A stretch of DNA of 64,000 bases from Longimicrobiales bacterium (GTDB taxonomy: Bacteria; Gemmatimonadota; Gemmatimonadetes; Longimicrobiales; Gaopeijiaceae): positions 256,001 to 320,000 of the forward strand of contig OZ242008.1 of assembly GCA_965204735.1 (NCBI GenBank), given 5' to 3'. Below, in pieces: positions 1 to 8,776 of the stretch (the first letter of the stretch is position 1; the number at the start of each line of letters is the position of its first letter). The notes under the pieces were generated by a model. The model did no database searches. It was not told where the DNA came from and saw nothing but the letters and a program-made list of their open reading frames with translations. The position numbers were made by a program, and so were the translations under genes.

Positions 1-2
1 GG

Positions 3-1052
3 GCCGATTCCGTCTGGTTTCTGGGGCTGCCGTTCGCGGCGGTGGCGCTGGCCCTGGGCTTCCAGGCGTGGCTTCCCTACGTGGCCGTCGCGTCGATCAA
101 CCTGTGGGTGACCACGCCCCACCACTACGCCACGTGGGTTCGCAGCTACGGGATGCCGGAAGTGTGGGAGCGCTTCAGGACGCGGCTGATCGTCGGGCCC
201 GTGGCGATCTTCTCCCTGACCGCCGCGGGGCTCGTCTGGGCGCCGATCACTCTTCTCCTGCTCGTGTCGGCGTGGGACCACCAGCACAGCATCATGCAGC
301 AGCACGGCTTCAGCCGGGTCTACGACTTCAAGGCCGGCACCGGCTTGGCCAGCACCCGCCGCTACGACTTGGCCCTTCACTGGATCCTCTACGGCAACAT
401 GTTCCTCCAGGCGCCCATGTTCCGCTTCCTGTGGATCCGCGAGCTCCACCGGATGCACGTTCCCATCTCGGCGGGGTTCGTGGAGGGAGTGCTGGTGGCA
501 AGCTGGGTGGTCGTCGCGGCGTACGCCGTCGTGTACCTGCTGCACGTCCGCAGGACCCTGCGCTCCGGCGGCTCGATCAACCCGGTCAAGTACGCCTTCA
601 TCGCGGCCAGCTACTTCCTCTGGTACTACGTGGCGTGGCACACCAACTCGATCCTGCTCTACGCCGTGGCCCATCGGGTTATGCACGGAGTCCAGTACAT
701 GGTCATGGTGTACGCCTTCATGCGACGCTCGGCGGCCACGGGCGCCTCCCGGCCCGGACTCTGGAGCCGGCTCGTCGGTTCCGGCCGACTCCGTTGGTTC
801 CTGATCCTGGGAGGCGCCTACGCCGTCGCCTTCCAGCTTCTCATCAACCGTCCGCTGGACGAATTCGGCTTCGGCGTGGTCAACTTCGCGCCCTACCCCG
901 CCATCCCCCAGTTCAACATCCCGGCCTTGGACTACGCCGGCGGCTACGAGCTCTGGTCCCAGATGATGCTCTACGCCTACGCCCTCCTGCACTACTACGT
1001 GGACTCGTTCATCTGGAAAGTGCGGGACAAGCAGGTGCAAGAGGGGCTGTAG
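3..1052 (+). CDS. Multi-pass membrane protein with conserved His motifs, function unknown; 5' partial
   Basis: Frame is open to the window edge (ADSVWFLGLPFAAV...). Many hydrophobic segments; motifs PHHYATW, DHQHSIMQQHGF, HRVMHGVQY, LHYYVDSFIWK. Confidence 0.7.
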   Translation, partial: ADSVWFLGLPFAAVALALGFQAWLPYVAVASINLWVTTPHHYATWVRSYGMPEVWERFRTRLIVGPVAIFSLTAAGLVWAPITLLLLVSAWDHQHSIMQQHGFSRVYDFKAGTGLASTRRYDLALHWILYGNMFLQAPMFRFLWIRELHRMHVPISAGFVEGVLVASWVVVAAYAVVYLLHVRRTLRSGGSINPVKYAFIAASYFLWYYVAWHTNSILLYAVAHRVMHGVQYMVMVYAFMRRSAATGASRPGLWSRLVGSGRLRWFLILGGAYAVAFQLLINRPLDEFGFGVVNFAPYPAIPQFNIPALDYAGGYELWSQMMLYAYALLHYYVDSFIWKVRDKQVQEGL

Positions 1053-1056
1053 CAGG

Positions 1057-1743
1057 ATGACCGTCCGTCGCTTGCGCGCCGTCTTCCAGCGCTACCGCAT
1101 CCTCTTCGTGATCTACGGCGTCGGGACGGTCGTCGGGTTGCGGGAGTGCTACTTGGCCCGAGCCGGCGAGTCCGTGGAGTGGGGCAGCGAGCGGTGGACC
1201 GAGATGACCGCAGTCGTCTCCCAACTCAACCCCGCCGACCCCGACACCGATTTCCTGGAAGGCGTCCAGTCGATGGTCGAGGGGGACGGGCAGGGGCTGG
1301 TCGCCCACTTCGAGGACGCCCTGGAGTCCGGGGCGAAGCACAACGAGTTCCTGTTGCGGGACTACGCCCAGCACCTCTTGGAGACGGGCGCGGGGTGGCG
1401 GAAGGTGAACGCCGCGGCCAACCGGTGGCGACGGAACCACCCGTTCTCCGACGAAGTCCTCTCGCTCTCGCTGGGGGCCGGTCCGCGCACGCAGGGCGAC
1501 GTCTCGACGCTGCACCGGGAGCTGCGGGCGGTGCCCTGGATCGGCGGCGCCCGGTTGGAGCAGTACGAGGACGCCGGCCGTCGGCGGTGGCGCGTCCACC
1601 TTTCCTTCCGCCCGCCCCGGACGGTGGACGTGCGGGAGGCAGTGGCGGCGGTGTCGATCCTGGCGGTGCCGGAAGGCGACCGGGCGACGCACCGGGTCGC
1701 GTGCCGGACGCTGACCGAGTGCACGGTGTCGCGACGGCAGTAG
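1057..1743 (+). CDS. Hypothetical protein with an N-terminal membrane anchor
   Basis: 228-aa ORF 4 bp after the previous stop; one hydrophobic segment (ILFVIYGVGTVVGL); normal globular composition. Confidence 0.65.
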   Translation: MTVRRLRAVFQRYRILFVIYGVGTVVGLRECYLARAGESVEWGSERWTEMTAVVSQLNPADPDTDFLEGVQSMVEGDGQGLVAHFEDALESGAKHNEFLLRDYAQHLLETGAGWRKVNAAANRWRRNHPFSDEVLSLSLGAGPRTQGDVSTLHRELRAVPWIGGARLEQYEDAGRRRWRVHLSFRPPRTVDVREAVAAVSILAVPEGDRATHRVACRTLTECTVSRRQ

Positions 1744-1774
1744 GCGCAGAGGCGGCCTCGTGCTCTCGGGCCCG

Positions 1775-3634
1775 TGTCGTACCAATTTAGAAATGTCCGG
1801 TCTTACCAAGATAGAAATGTCCTCTTTCGGGCGATGTTCGGCGGGAGTCGAACTCGTGCCCGGGAGAGGAGCGAATGGAGTTGAGCTTGAAGGAGCGGGA
1901 CCGGATCTCGGTGTTGAGGCAGGTGAGCGAAGGCGTGCTGGCGGCGGCCGACGGCGCGGCGCGCTTCGGGGTGACGGAGCGTCACTTCCGGCGCGTGCGC
2001 CGCCGGTTCGAGGCGGCGGGCGACGAGGTGGTCGTGCACGGGCTCCGGGGTCGGAGGTCGAACCGGTCGCTGCCGTCGGAGACGCGGGAGCAGGTGCTGG
2101 TCATGGCCAGGGACCCCGACTACGCCGACTTCGGCGCCACGTTTCTGGCGGAGCACGTCGAGCGGGAGCTGGGCGTGCGCGTCAGCGCGGAGACGCTGCG
2201 GGCATGGCGGAAGGGCGCGGGCTTGTGGCAGCGCAAGCGCAAGCGGGCGAAGCACCGGCGCCGACGGCCGCGTCGCGCCGCGCGGGGCGAGCTGCTCCAG
2301 TGGGACAGCTCGGTTCACGCCTGGCTTGAAGACCGGGGGCCGCCCGACCTCGTGCTGATCGCGCTGCACGACGACGCGACGAGCGGGTTCATGCACGGTC
2401 GCTTCGTCGAGCGCGACACGGGCGCCGCGAATCGGCGAGCGATCGTCGAGTGCCTCGAACGCCACGGCCGTCCGAGGGCGGTGTACGTGGACCACGCGGG
2501 CCACTTCGGGCAGCGCCTCGGCCCGGAGGGCAAGCGGACCCGGACGATCATCGGCACGGCGCTGGAGAAGCTGGGCGTCGAGGTGGTCCTGGCGAACTCG
2601 CCGCAGGCGAAGGGCCGGGTCGAGCGGACGTTCGGCACGGCGCAGGACCGGCTGGTCAAAGAGATGCGCTTGGCGCGAGTCACCACGCTCGAGGCGGCGA
2701 ACCGCTACTTGGAGGAGCGGTGGGTTCCGTTCTGGAACGAACGCTTCACGGTGGCGCCGGCCGATCCCCTCGACGCCCATCGCCCGCTGCCTCAGGACAT
2801 CGATCTGGAAGCCCTCTTCGCCGAGACGGACACGCGGGTCGTGGCCCGCGACTTCACCGTGCGCTTCGAGAACCGCTTCTGGCAGGTCACGGCCCGCGAC
2901 GCCGAGGCGGCCGGCGTCGCGCCGGGCTCCCCCGTCGTCGTCGAACGGCGCCTCTCGGGCGAGCTGCGCTTCCGGCATCGCGGCTGCTACCTGACGCCCA
3001 AGGCCTTGGGGGCGGTCCGGTCGGCGACGCCCAAGCCGGCGCCGGCGCCCGCGACGGCCAAGCCCAGGCCCAAGCCGCCGAAGCCGGGAAGGGATCACCC
3101 GTGGCGCAAGCACTTCAGCGCCAGCGTGGCCCAGGCCGTGGCCAAGCGGGAACACCGCGCCGCCCACTCCAACGGGACCGGTCCCGAGCGGTGCAGGACC
3201 TCGTCCTGAGCCTGCAGGCGGGGACGGCAGCTCGCACTCCCCTTCCCGCAAAGGTCGGACGCGACCGCAGTGTCGGCATCCGTGCCTCCGAGGCTTGCCG
3301 GCGCTGCGCAGGTCGCTCGGCGCACCACGACCGTCCGAGCTGGCAGGCTCAGTGCGAACTGCGAGCCATCGGGGCAGCAGTGTCCGGACCCGTCCGCGTT
3401 GGCGTCCACCCGGCCAGAGCTTGGCCACGGCGACGACCTCGACTCGCCCGGCCGCCACTGGCCTTGAAGCGCCTGGAACAGGGCGCCCGGCGCCGTCCAG
3501 CCCAGGCTTGCTGGATCCGCGTGTCCTGCGCCCGACACCTGGCCCCCGGCCTCAGGAAGAACCCACCGTCCACACCATCAGGGGGGACATTTCTACTTTG
3601 GCCAACTACCGGACATTTCTACTTTGGCTTGACA
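1775..3634 (+). mobile_element. Insertion sequence, IS1202 family (formerly ISNCY), 1860 bp
   Basis: Begins TGT (1775), ends ACA (3634). Each end has two copies of TAGAAATGTCC in inverted orientation. Flanked by a perfect 17-bp direct repeat TCGTGCTCTCGGGCCCG (1758-1774, 3635-3651). Confidence 0.92.
1875..3209 (+). CDS. tnp: DDE transposase, IS1202/ISNCY type
   Basis: N-terminal HTH; GELLQWDSSVHAWLE, DDATS, YVD, ANSPQAKGRVER and TAQDRL motifs; GAGAGGAG RBS before the ATG. Confidence 0.92.
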   Translation: MELSLKERDRISVLRQVSEGVLAAADGAARFGVTERHFRRVRRRFEAAGDEVVVHGLRGRRSNRSLPSETREQVLVMARDPDYADFGATFLAEHVERELGVRVSAETLRAWRKGAGLWQRKRKRAKHRRRRPRRAARGELLQWDSSVHAWLEDRGPPDLVLIALHDDATSGFMHGRFVERDTGAANRRAIVECLERHGRPRAVYVDHAGHFGQRLGPEGKRTRTIIGTALEKLGVEVVLANSPQAKGRVERTFGTAQDRLVKEMRLARVTTLEAANRYLEERWVPFWNERFTVAPADPLDAHRPLPQDIDLEALFAETDTRVVARDFTVRFENRFWQVTARDAEAAGVAPGSPVVVERRLSGELRFRHRGCYLTPKALGAVRSATPKPAPAPATAKPRPKPPKPGRDHPWRKHFSASVAQAVAKREHRAAHSNGTGPERCRTSS

Positions 3635-3780
3635 TCGTGCTCTCGGGCCCGACTTGCGCCCCTGCCCTCTGGTCCCCACTGTGTCCAGCGACGGCCGACG
3701 GTCAAGTTGCCGCTCGGAAGAGCCGGGCGGCATTGCAGCACTTGGAAGGCCAGCTGCCTTCCGCAGCAATAGGAGGACCC

Positions 3781-6690
3781 ATGCGACGACTAGGGTTCGG
3801 AAGCGCCCCGCTCGCGACGGGGCTCTGCGCGACGCTCGTTCTCGTCCTTGCCGGGACGGGCGGAGCCGCGGCCCAGGCGGGCACGGTGACCGGAAGCGTC
3901 CGCGACGCCGTCAGCCTCGCTCCACTTCCCGGCGCTCAGATGTCCGTCGTGGGCACGGAGCTCGGAGGACTGGCCAACAACGTCGGCCGGTACCTGATCC
4001 TCAACGTGCCCGCCGGCCAGCACACGGTGCGCGTGGACATCATCGGCTACGGGAGCCGGGAGATCACCGTCACCGTTCCGGCCGGGGGCGCCGCCACGGC
4101 GGACTTCGACATCCGGGAAGAGGCGCTGGCCCTGGAAGGCGTGGTCGTGACCGGCACGGCAGGCTCGGCACGGCGCCGAGAAGTCGGCAACGCCATCAGC
4201 GGGATCGACGCCACCGACATCGAGCTCACCGCCATCACCGACATGGGCGACGTGCTCCAGGGGCGCGCGACCGGCATCCAGGTCAACGACCACAGCGGCC
4301 AAGTGGGGGCCGCCAGCCAGATCCGCCTCCGGGGCAACAACTCCATGACCCAGGGCAACAACCCGCTGATCTACGTGGACGGTGTCAGGATCGAAGGCAG
4401 TCCCATCGGCGCCGACGACGAAGGCGCCCAGACTCCCGGCGCGCTGGACATGATCAACCCGGCGGACATCGAGCGCATGGAGGTGATCAAGGGACCGGCC
4501 GCAACCACCCTCTACGGCACCGAGGCGTCGGGCGGGGTGATCCAGATCTTCACCAAGCGCGGCGTGCCCGGAGCGCCTGCGTGGCGGTTCTCGGTGGAGC
4601 AGGGAGTGAGCGTAATGCCCCACCAAGGGCCGTCGGCGGACGTGAACCCGTCTGGGCTCTTCCTCAACACCTGCCGGGATCCGGGCATCCTCAACCACCA
4701 GACCGGCGAGACGGGAGTGGACGAGCCGGGCTGTCCCGCCAACAACAGCTGGTTCCGCAACGCCCACCACCAAGTCTACAACCTCAGCGTTCGCGGCGGC
4801 GGCGAGACGGCCACGTACTTCGTCTCGGGACAGTACGGCGACCGGCAGGGCGTGGTGGCGCCGCAGGGGGCCACCAACTACAGCATCCGCGCCAACGTTT
4901 CGTTCCAGCCCATGGACGGCTTGGACATCCGCCTCAACAGTCATTACGCCCGCCGGAACATCACGTGGATCCCCAACGGCAACAACGCATCGGGCCTGTA
5001 CCTCAACGTGCTTAGGGGGACCCGCGGCTACACGCCCGGCAACGACGACTCGCTGGTCCTGGAGAACGACATCTTCACCCACATCGACCAGTACATCACC
5101 GGCTTGGCCGTCAACTGGTCGCCTACTCCCGACTTTTCGCACCGGCTGAACGTAGGAGTCGACTACACGTCCTCCGACTTCATCGACTTCAAGGGCTGGG
5201 GCTTCTACGAGGAAGCCACCGGCGACCGCGAGATCGATCAGCAGTTCGACCGAAACCTGACCTTCGACTACAGCGGCACGTACAGCTACAGCCCGTTCGA
5301 GCAGTTCTCTTCCAGCTTGTCGTGGGGCGGACAGGTCTACGAAGAGTTCGGCTACGTGCTCAACGGCTTCGACGAACTCTTTGCAGGACCCGGGGAACAG
5401 GTGCTGGGCGACGGCAACAATCCGCGCGTGTTCGAGGGTCGGGTCACGGTCCGCAGCGGCGGCTTCTTTCTTCAAGAGGTTGTCGGATTCCAGGACAAGT
5501 TCTTCCTGACCGGCGGCGTGCGCTGGGACGGCTTCAGCACCTTCGGCGAGGGCTTCGGTCTGGCCGCGTACCCAAAGCTGCAGGGATCGTACCTGCTCTC
5601 CGACGAGAGCTTCTTCGCCTTCGATTGGGTCGATTCCTTCAAGCTTCGAGCGGCTTGGGGACGATCGGGGAAGGCCCCGGGAGCCTTTGCCGCCAAGCGC
5701 ACCTACGAGGCGACTTCCGCCGACGAGCAGGTGCCGGCCGTGATCATCTCCAACTTGGGGAACGCCGACTTGGGCCCGGAGATCTCCGAAGAGCTGGAGT
5801 TCGGAGCCGACGCGTCCTTCCTCGACGGCAGGGTGTCGGTCGAGTTCACGGTGTTCGACCAAACCACCAAGGAAGCGCTGATCAACGTTCAGGAAGCGCC
5901 GTCGAACGGCACCGAAGAAGCGACTTGGTACAACCTTGGCGAGGTGCAGAACTGGGGAACCGAGGCCGTTCTGCACTTCGTTCCAGTCCGCACGGACGAC
6001 ATCGAGTGGGACGTGGCGTTCAACTACACGACCAACGACAGCGAGATCACCGACCTGGGTCCCCTTGAGGACCTGGGCACGACGCGGCAGAGGGGCTTGC
6101 CCCTGTGGATTCAGTGGGACGACATCCTCCAGAACCCGGACGCCGTGGGCGAGTTGCCCGAATACGAGAAGGGCTACATCGGCAACCTCTTCCCGACTTC
6201 GACCCTGGGCATCAACACGCGGCTGACCTTGTGGCACGACCTGACGCTGGACGTGGTGGGCGAAGGGCAATACGGGATGGTGAGGCCGATCGGGATCGCC
6301 TACCAGAACGTTCGCCGCCGGGTCTGGCCCGGCGACGGGTGCCCCGGCATTCAGGACGTCTGGTACGGAGGCGGCGATCGTGGGACCCTTACCGCCGCCG
6401 AAGTGGCTCGTTGCGTCGGGCCGTACTCGGATCAAGGAGTCTGGACCGACCCGGCCGACTTCTTCAAGATCCGGTCGGCGTCGCTCACCTACAGGCTCCC
6501 GGAGGGGTTGGTGCCTGGCACCAGAAGCGCCCAGATCGGGATATCCGGAAAGAACCTCCTTACGTTCACGGACTACAGGGGACTCGACCCGGAGGCCAAC
6601 GACAACGGCTACGGGGATTCGACGCCGAACGAGTACTACAACATGGCCCCGCCGCGCGTGTTCATCCTCAACTTCGCCTTTAACTTCTGA
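3781..6690 (+). CDS. SusC/RagA-like TonB-dependent outer membrane receptor 1
   Basis: AGGAGG RBS then ATG 3781; signal peptide; carboxypeptidase-regulatory-like N domain; plug (INPADIERMEVIKGPAATTLYG); C-terminal Phe. Confidence 0.9.
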   Translation: MRRLGFGSAPLATGLCATLVLVLAGTGGAAAQAGTVTGSVRDAVSLAPLPGAQMSVVGTELGGLANNVGRYLILNVPAGQHTVRVDIIGYGSREITVTVPAGGAATADFDIREEALALEGVVVTGTAGSARRREVGNAISGIDATDIELTAITDMGDVLQGRATGIQVNDHSGQVGAASQIRLRGNNSMTQGNNPLIYVDGVRIEGSPIGADDEGAQTPGALDMINPADIERMEVIKGPAATTLYGTEASGGVIQIFTKRGVPGAPAWRFSVEQGVSVMPHQGPSADVNPSGLFLNTCRDPGILNHQTGETGVDEPGCPANNSWFRNAHHQVYNLSVRGGGETATYFVSGQYGDRQGVVAPQGATNYSIRANVSFQPMDGLDIRLNSHYARRNITWIPNGNNASGLYLNVLRGTRGYTPGNDDSLVLENDIFTHIDQYITGLAVNWSPTPDFSHRLNVGVDYTSSDFIDFKGWGFYEEATGDREIDQQFDRNLTFDYSGTYSYSPFEQFSSSLSWGGQVYEEFGYVLNGFDELFAGPGEQVLGDGNNPRVFEGRVTVRSGGFFLQEVVGFQDKFFLTGGVRWDGFSTFGEGFGLAAYPKLQGSYLLSDESFFAFDWVDSFKLRAAWGRSGKAPGAFAAKRTYEATSADEQVPAVIISNLGNADLGPEISEELEFGADASFLDGRVSVEFTVFDQTTKEALINVQEAPSNGTEEATWYNLGEVQNWGTEAVLHFVPVRTDDIEWDVAFNYTTNDSEITDLGPLEDLGTTRQRGLPLWIQWDDILQNPDAVGELPEYEKGYIGNLFPTSTLGINTRLTLWHDLTLDVVGEGQYGMVRPIGIAYQNVRRRVWPGDGCPGIQDVWYGGGDRGTLTAAEVARCVGPYSDQGVWTDPADFFKIRSASLTYRLPEGLVPGTRSAQIGISGKNLLTFTDYRGLDPEANDNGYGDSTPNEYYNMAPPRVFILNFAFNF

Positions 6691-6704
6691 TGAGGAGGAT
6701 GAAG

Positions 6705-8057
6705 ATGACAACGACGAACCGGAAGAAGGGACTCGGCTTGGCGTCCGTCGCCGCGGCGCTGGGCGCCCTCCTCCTCTCCGCCTGCGACTTGGAGGTTCTG
6801 AACCCCGGTCGCATCCTGGACGAGGACCTGAACACCCGCGAGCTGATGCCGATCGTCGTGTCCGGCGCGTCGGCCGAGTTCAACGACGTCGTGGACGACT
6901 ACGCCTTCGAGGTCGCCCGTCTCACCGACGACTTGGCCGGCACCGGCAGCTACTTCACGACGGGCAAGTTCCGACGAGGCGTCATGGACGCCGACGACAA
7001 CGACGTGGAGACCGCCTGGGAGCAGGTCCACGAGGCCGCATGGGCGGCCGGCGGCGCCTGGGAGCGGCTTCAGAACGTGCTGGAGGGCGAAGCCAGCTCC
7101 TTCGACGGCGCGGCTCGGCTCTTCGTGCTCATGGGGCTGGCCCACAGAATGCTGGGCGAGAACTTCTGCGACGTGACGTACGACATCGGTCCGTTGCAGC
7201 CGAGGACGGCAGCGTTCGACAGCGCCATCGTCGCCTTCAACCAGGCCGTGACGATCGGAGCCGCGTCGGGCGCCGCGGATTTCGTGACCGCCGCTCACGG
7301 CGGAATCGCCCAGGCGCAGGCTGCGCTCGGCAACTGGAGCGCGGCGGCCCAGGCCGCGTCGATGGTCCCCACGGACTTCGTCCACAGCGCCATCTACCAC
7401 CTTACGGCCAACAGCAACGTGATCTGGAACGAGTCCTGGGGCCGGGCGGAGGTGGGCGTGTGGGCGACGCCGGCCCAGACGGTCTACGACGGCGACCCCA
7501 GGGCGCCGTACACGGTCTGCGGCGAGTGGAACGACACGAACCGGCCTCCCAACCCGGACATGGGGGTCACGCGCACAGGCACCTGCACAGGGCAGGGAAG
7601 CGGCGCTCACCAGGGCGCCGACGGCCTCACGGCGCACTACCGGCAGGACAAGTACGACGAGGCCGGCTCCGACATCCCCGTCGTCACGGGAACGGAGATG
7701 CGCCTCATCGAGGCCGAAGCGGCCCTGACGAGCAACGACCTGGCGACCTTCACCGCCAAGATCAACGAGCTGCGCGCCCACTACGAGCTCGACCCCATTG
7801 AGCAGCCCGCCGCCGCCGGGGCGCTCGAGTTCCCGAACGCCCTGGACGACGCTTGGTCGATCCTGGACCGGGAACGCTACCTGACCCTGTGGATGCAGGC
7901 GCGACGGCTGTGGGACCTGGACCGCTGGGACCACCCCTTCCTCAACGGCGGAACCCTGATCGGCCCAGGCGCCACGCCGCGCGTATCCTGCATGCCGATC
8001 CCCGAGATCGAGTGCACCCTCAACCCGGAGATCCAGAACTCGTCGGTCTGCACCTAG
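6705..8057 (+). CDS. SusD/RagB-like lipoprotein 1
   Basis: Lipobox LSAC; GENFC, EMRLIEAEA and ERYLTLWMQARRLWDL motifs; follows SusC. Start placed 7 nt after GAGGAG (alternatives 6690, 6699). Confidence 0.85.
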   Translation: MTTTNRKKGLGLASVAAALGALLLSACDLEVLNPGRILDEDLNTRELMPIVVSGASAEFNDVVDDYAFEVARLTDDLAGTGSYFTTGKFRRGVMDADDNDVETAWEQVHEAAWAAGGAWERLQNVLEGEASSFDGAARLFVLMGLAHRMLGENFCDVTYDIGPLQPRTAAFDSAIVAFNQAVTIGAASGAADFVTAAHGGIAQAQAALGNWSAAAQAASMVPTDFVHSAIYHLTANSNVIWNESWGRAEVGVWATPAQTVYDGDPRAPYTVCGEWNDTNRPPNPDMGVTRTGTCTGQGSGAHQGADGLTAHYRQDKYDEAGSDIPVVTGTEMRLIEAEAALTSNDLATFTAKINELRAHYELDPIEQPAAAGALEFPNALDDAWSILDRERYLTLWMQARRLWDLDRWDHPFLNGGTLIGPGATPRVSCMPIPEIECTLNPEIQNSSVCT

Positions 8058-8167
8058 CACGCCGGCAGAGCGCGCAGGCCGTGCGGCCGTCTCGCGCCAA
8101 CCCGAAACAGTGCGCCCCCGCCGGAGTTCGGCCCCGGCGGGGGCGTTCGCCACGAGGAGGAACGCCA

Positions 8168-8623
8168 TTGCTCCGCGCCGCCCCCGTTGTTGTGCTCGTC
8201 GCGGTCCTGTCGGGCGCCGGCTGCGCCACCTACCGGCCCGCGGTCGTCGAGGAGCTGGCGCCCGAACAGCGGGTCCGGGTGCGCGTGGAGCCCGAGGTCC
8301 TGGCCGATCTGGTGGCCTTCGCGGAAGGAGCCCAAGGCCAGCTGGGCGGTCGTTTCGCGGAGCTGCGGGGAGATTCGGTGGAGTTCCGGTTCGAGACCCC
8401 GTCCAGCTACCGGCAGGTCGTGCTGCATCGCAGCGCGATCCTGGGAGTGCAGCGGCGGGAGACCAGCCCGGCTCGGAGCATCGCATTCTCCGCGGCGGTG
8501 GTGGGCGGGATCGGGGTCCTGGCCTACCTGGGGTTCGAAGGCCAGGAGAGCGGCGACGACTCGCTGCCGCCGGACACGGAGGCGCTGGTCCCGCTCCTCG
8601 TCTTCACCGCGTGGCCCCGGTAG
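8168..8623 (+). CDS. Small hypothetical lipoprotein/membrane protein
   Basis: GAGGAGG RBS then TTG 8168; lipobox-like VLSGAGC; C-terminal hydrophobic helix. Confidence 0.6.
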   Translation: MLRAAPVVVLVAVLSGAGCATYRPAVVEELAPEQRVRVRVEPEVLADLVAFAEGAQGQLGGRFAELRGDSVEFRFETPSSYRQVVLHRSAILGVQRRETSPARSIAFSAAVVGGIGVLAYLGFEGQESGDDSLPPDTEALVPLLVFTAWPR

Positions 8624-8640
8624 CCGCGCGACGCCGCCCT

Positions 8641-8668
8641 TTGACCGGCCGGCCGGCCATTGTATCTT
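8641..8668 (+). promoter_or_regulatory. Putative sigma70 promoter for the second susC
   Basis: TTGACC (8641-8646), 16 nt, TATCTT (8663-8668). Confidence 0.45.
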
Positions 8669-8776
8669 TGGGTTCCAGTCGGCTGGCCAGCCGGCTCGAG
8701 CTGCGGTAATGCTGTACGACTGTTGAATCGCGGGGACGCTTGCCCCCAACTCAATCACCCTGGACAGGAAGAGGAA

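Noticed and set aside
3700..3775. Cobalamin or other riboswitch upstream of susC1
   Set aside because: Two hairpins are present, but no B12-box or other recognisable aptamer consensus.
3295..3780. N-terminal extension of the SusC1 ORF (1131 aa) through the IS right end
   Set aside because: It crosses the IS inverted repeat and TSD; the RBS and signal peptide place the start at 3781.
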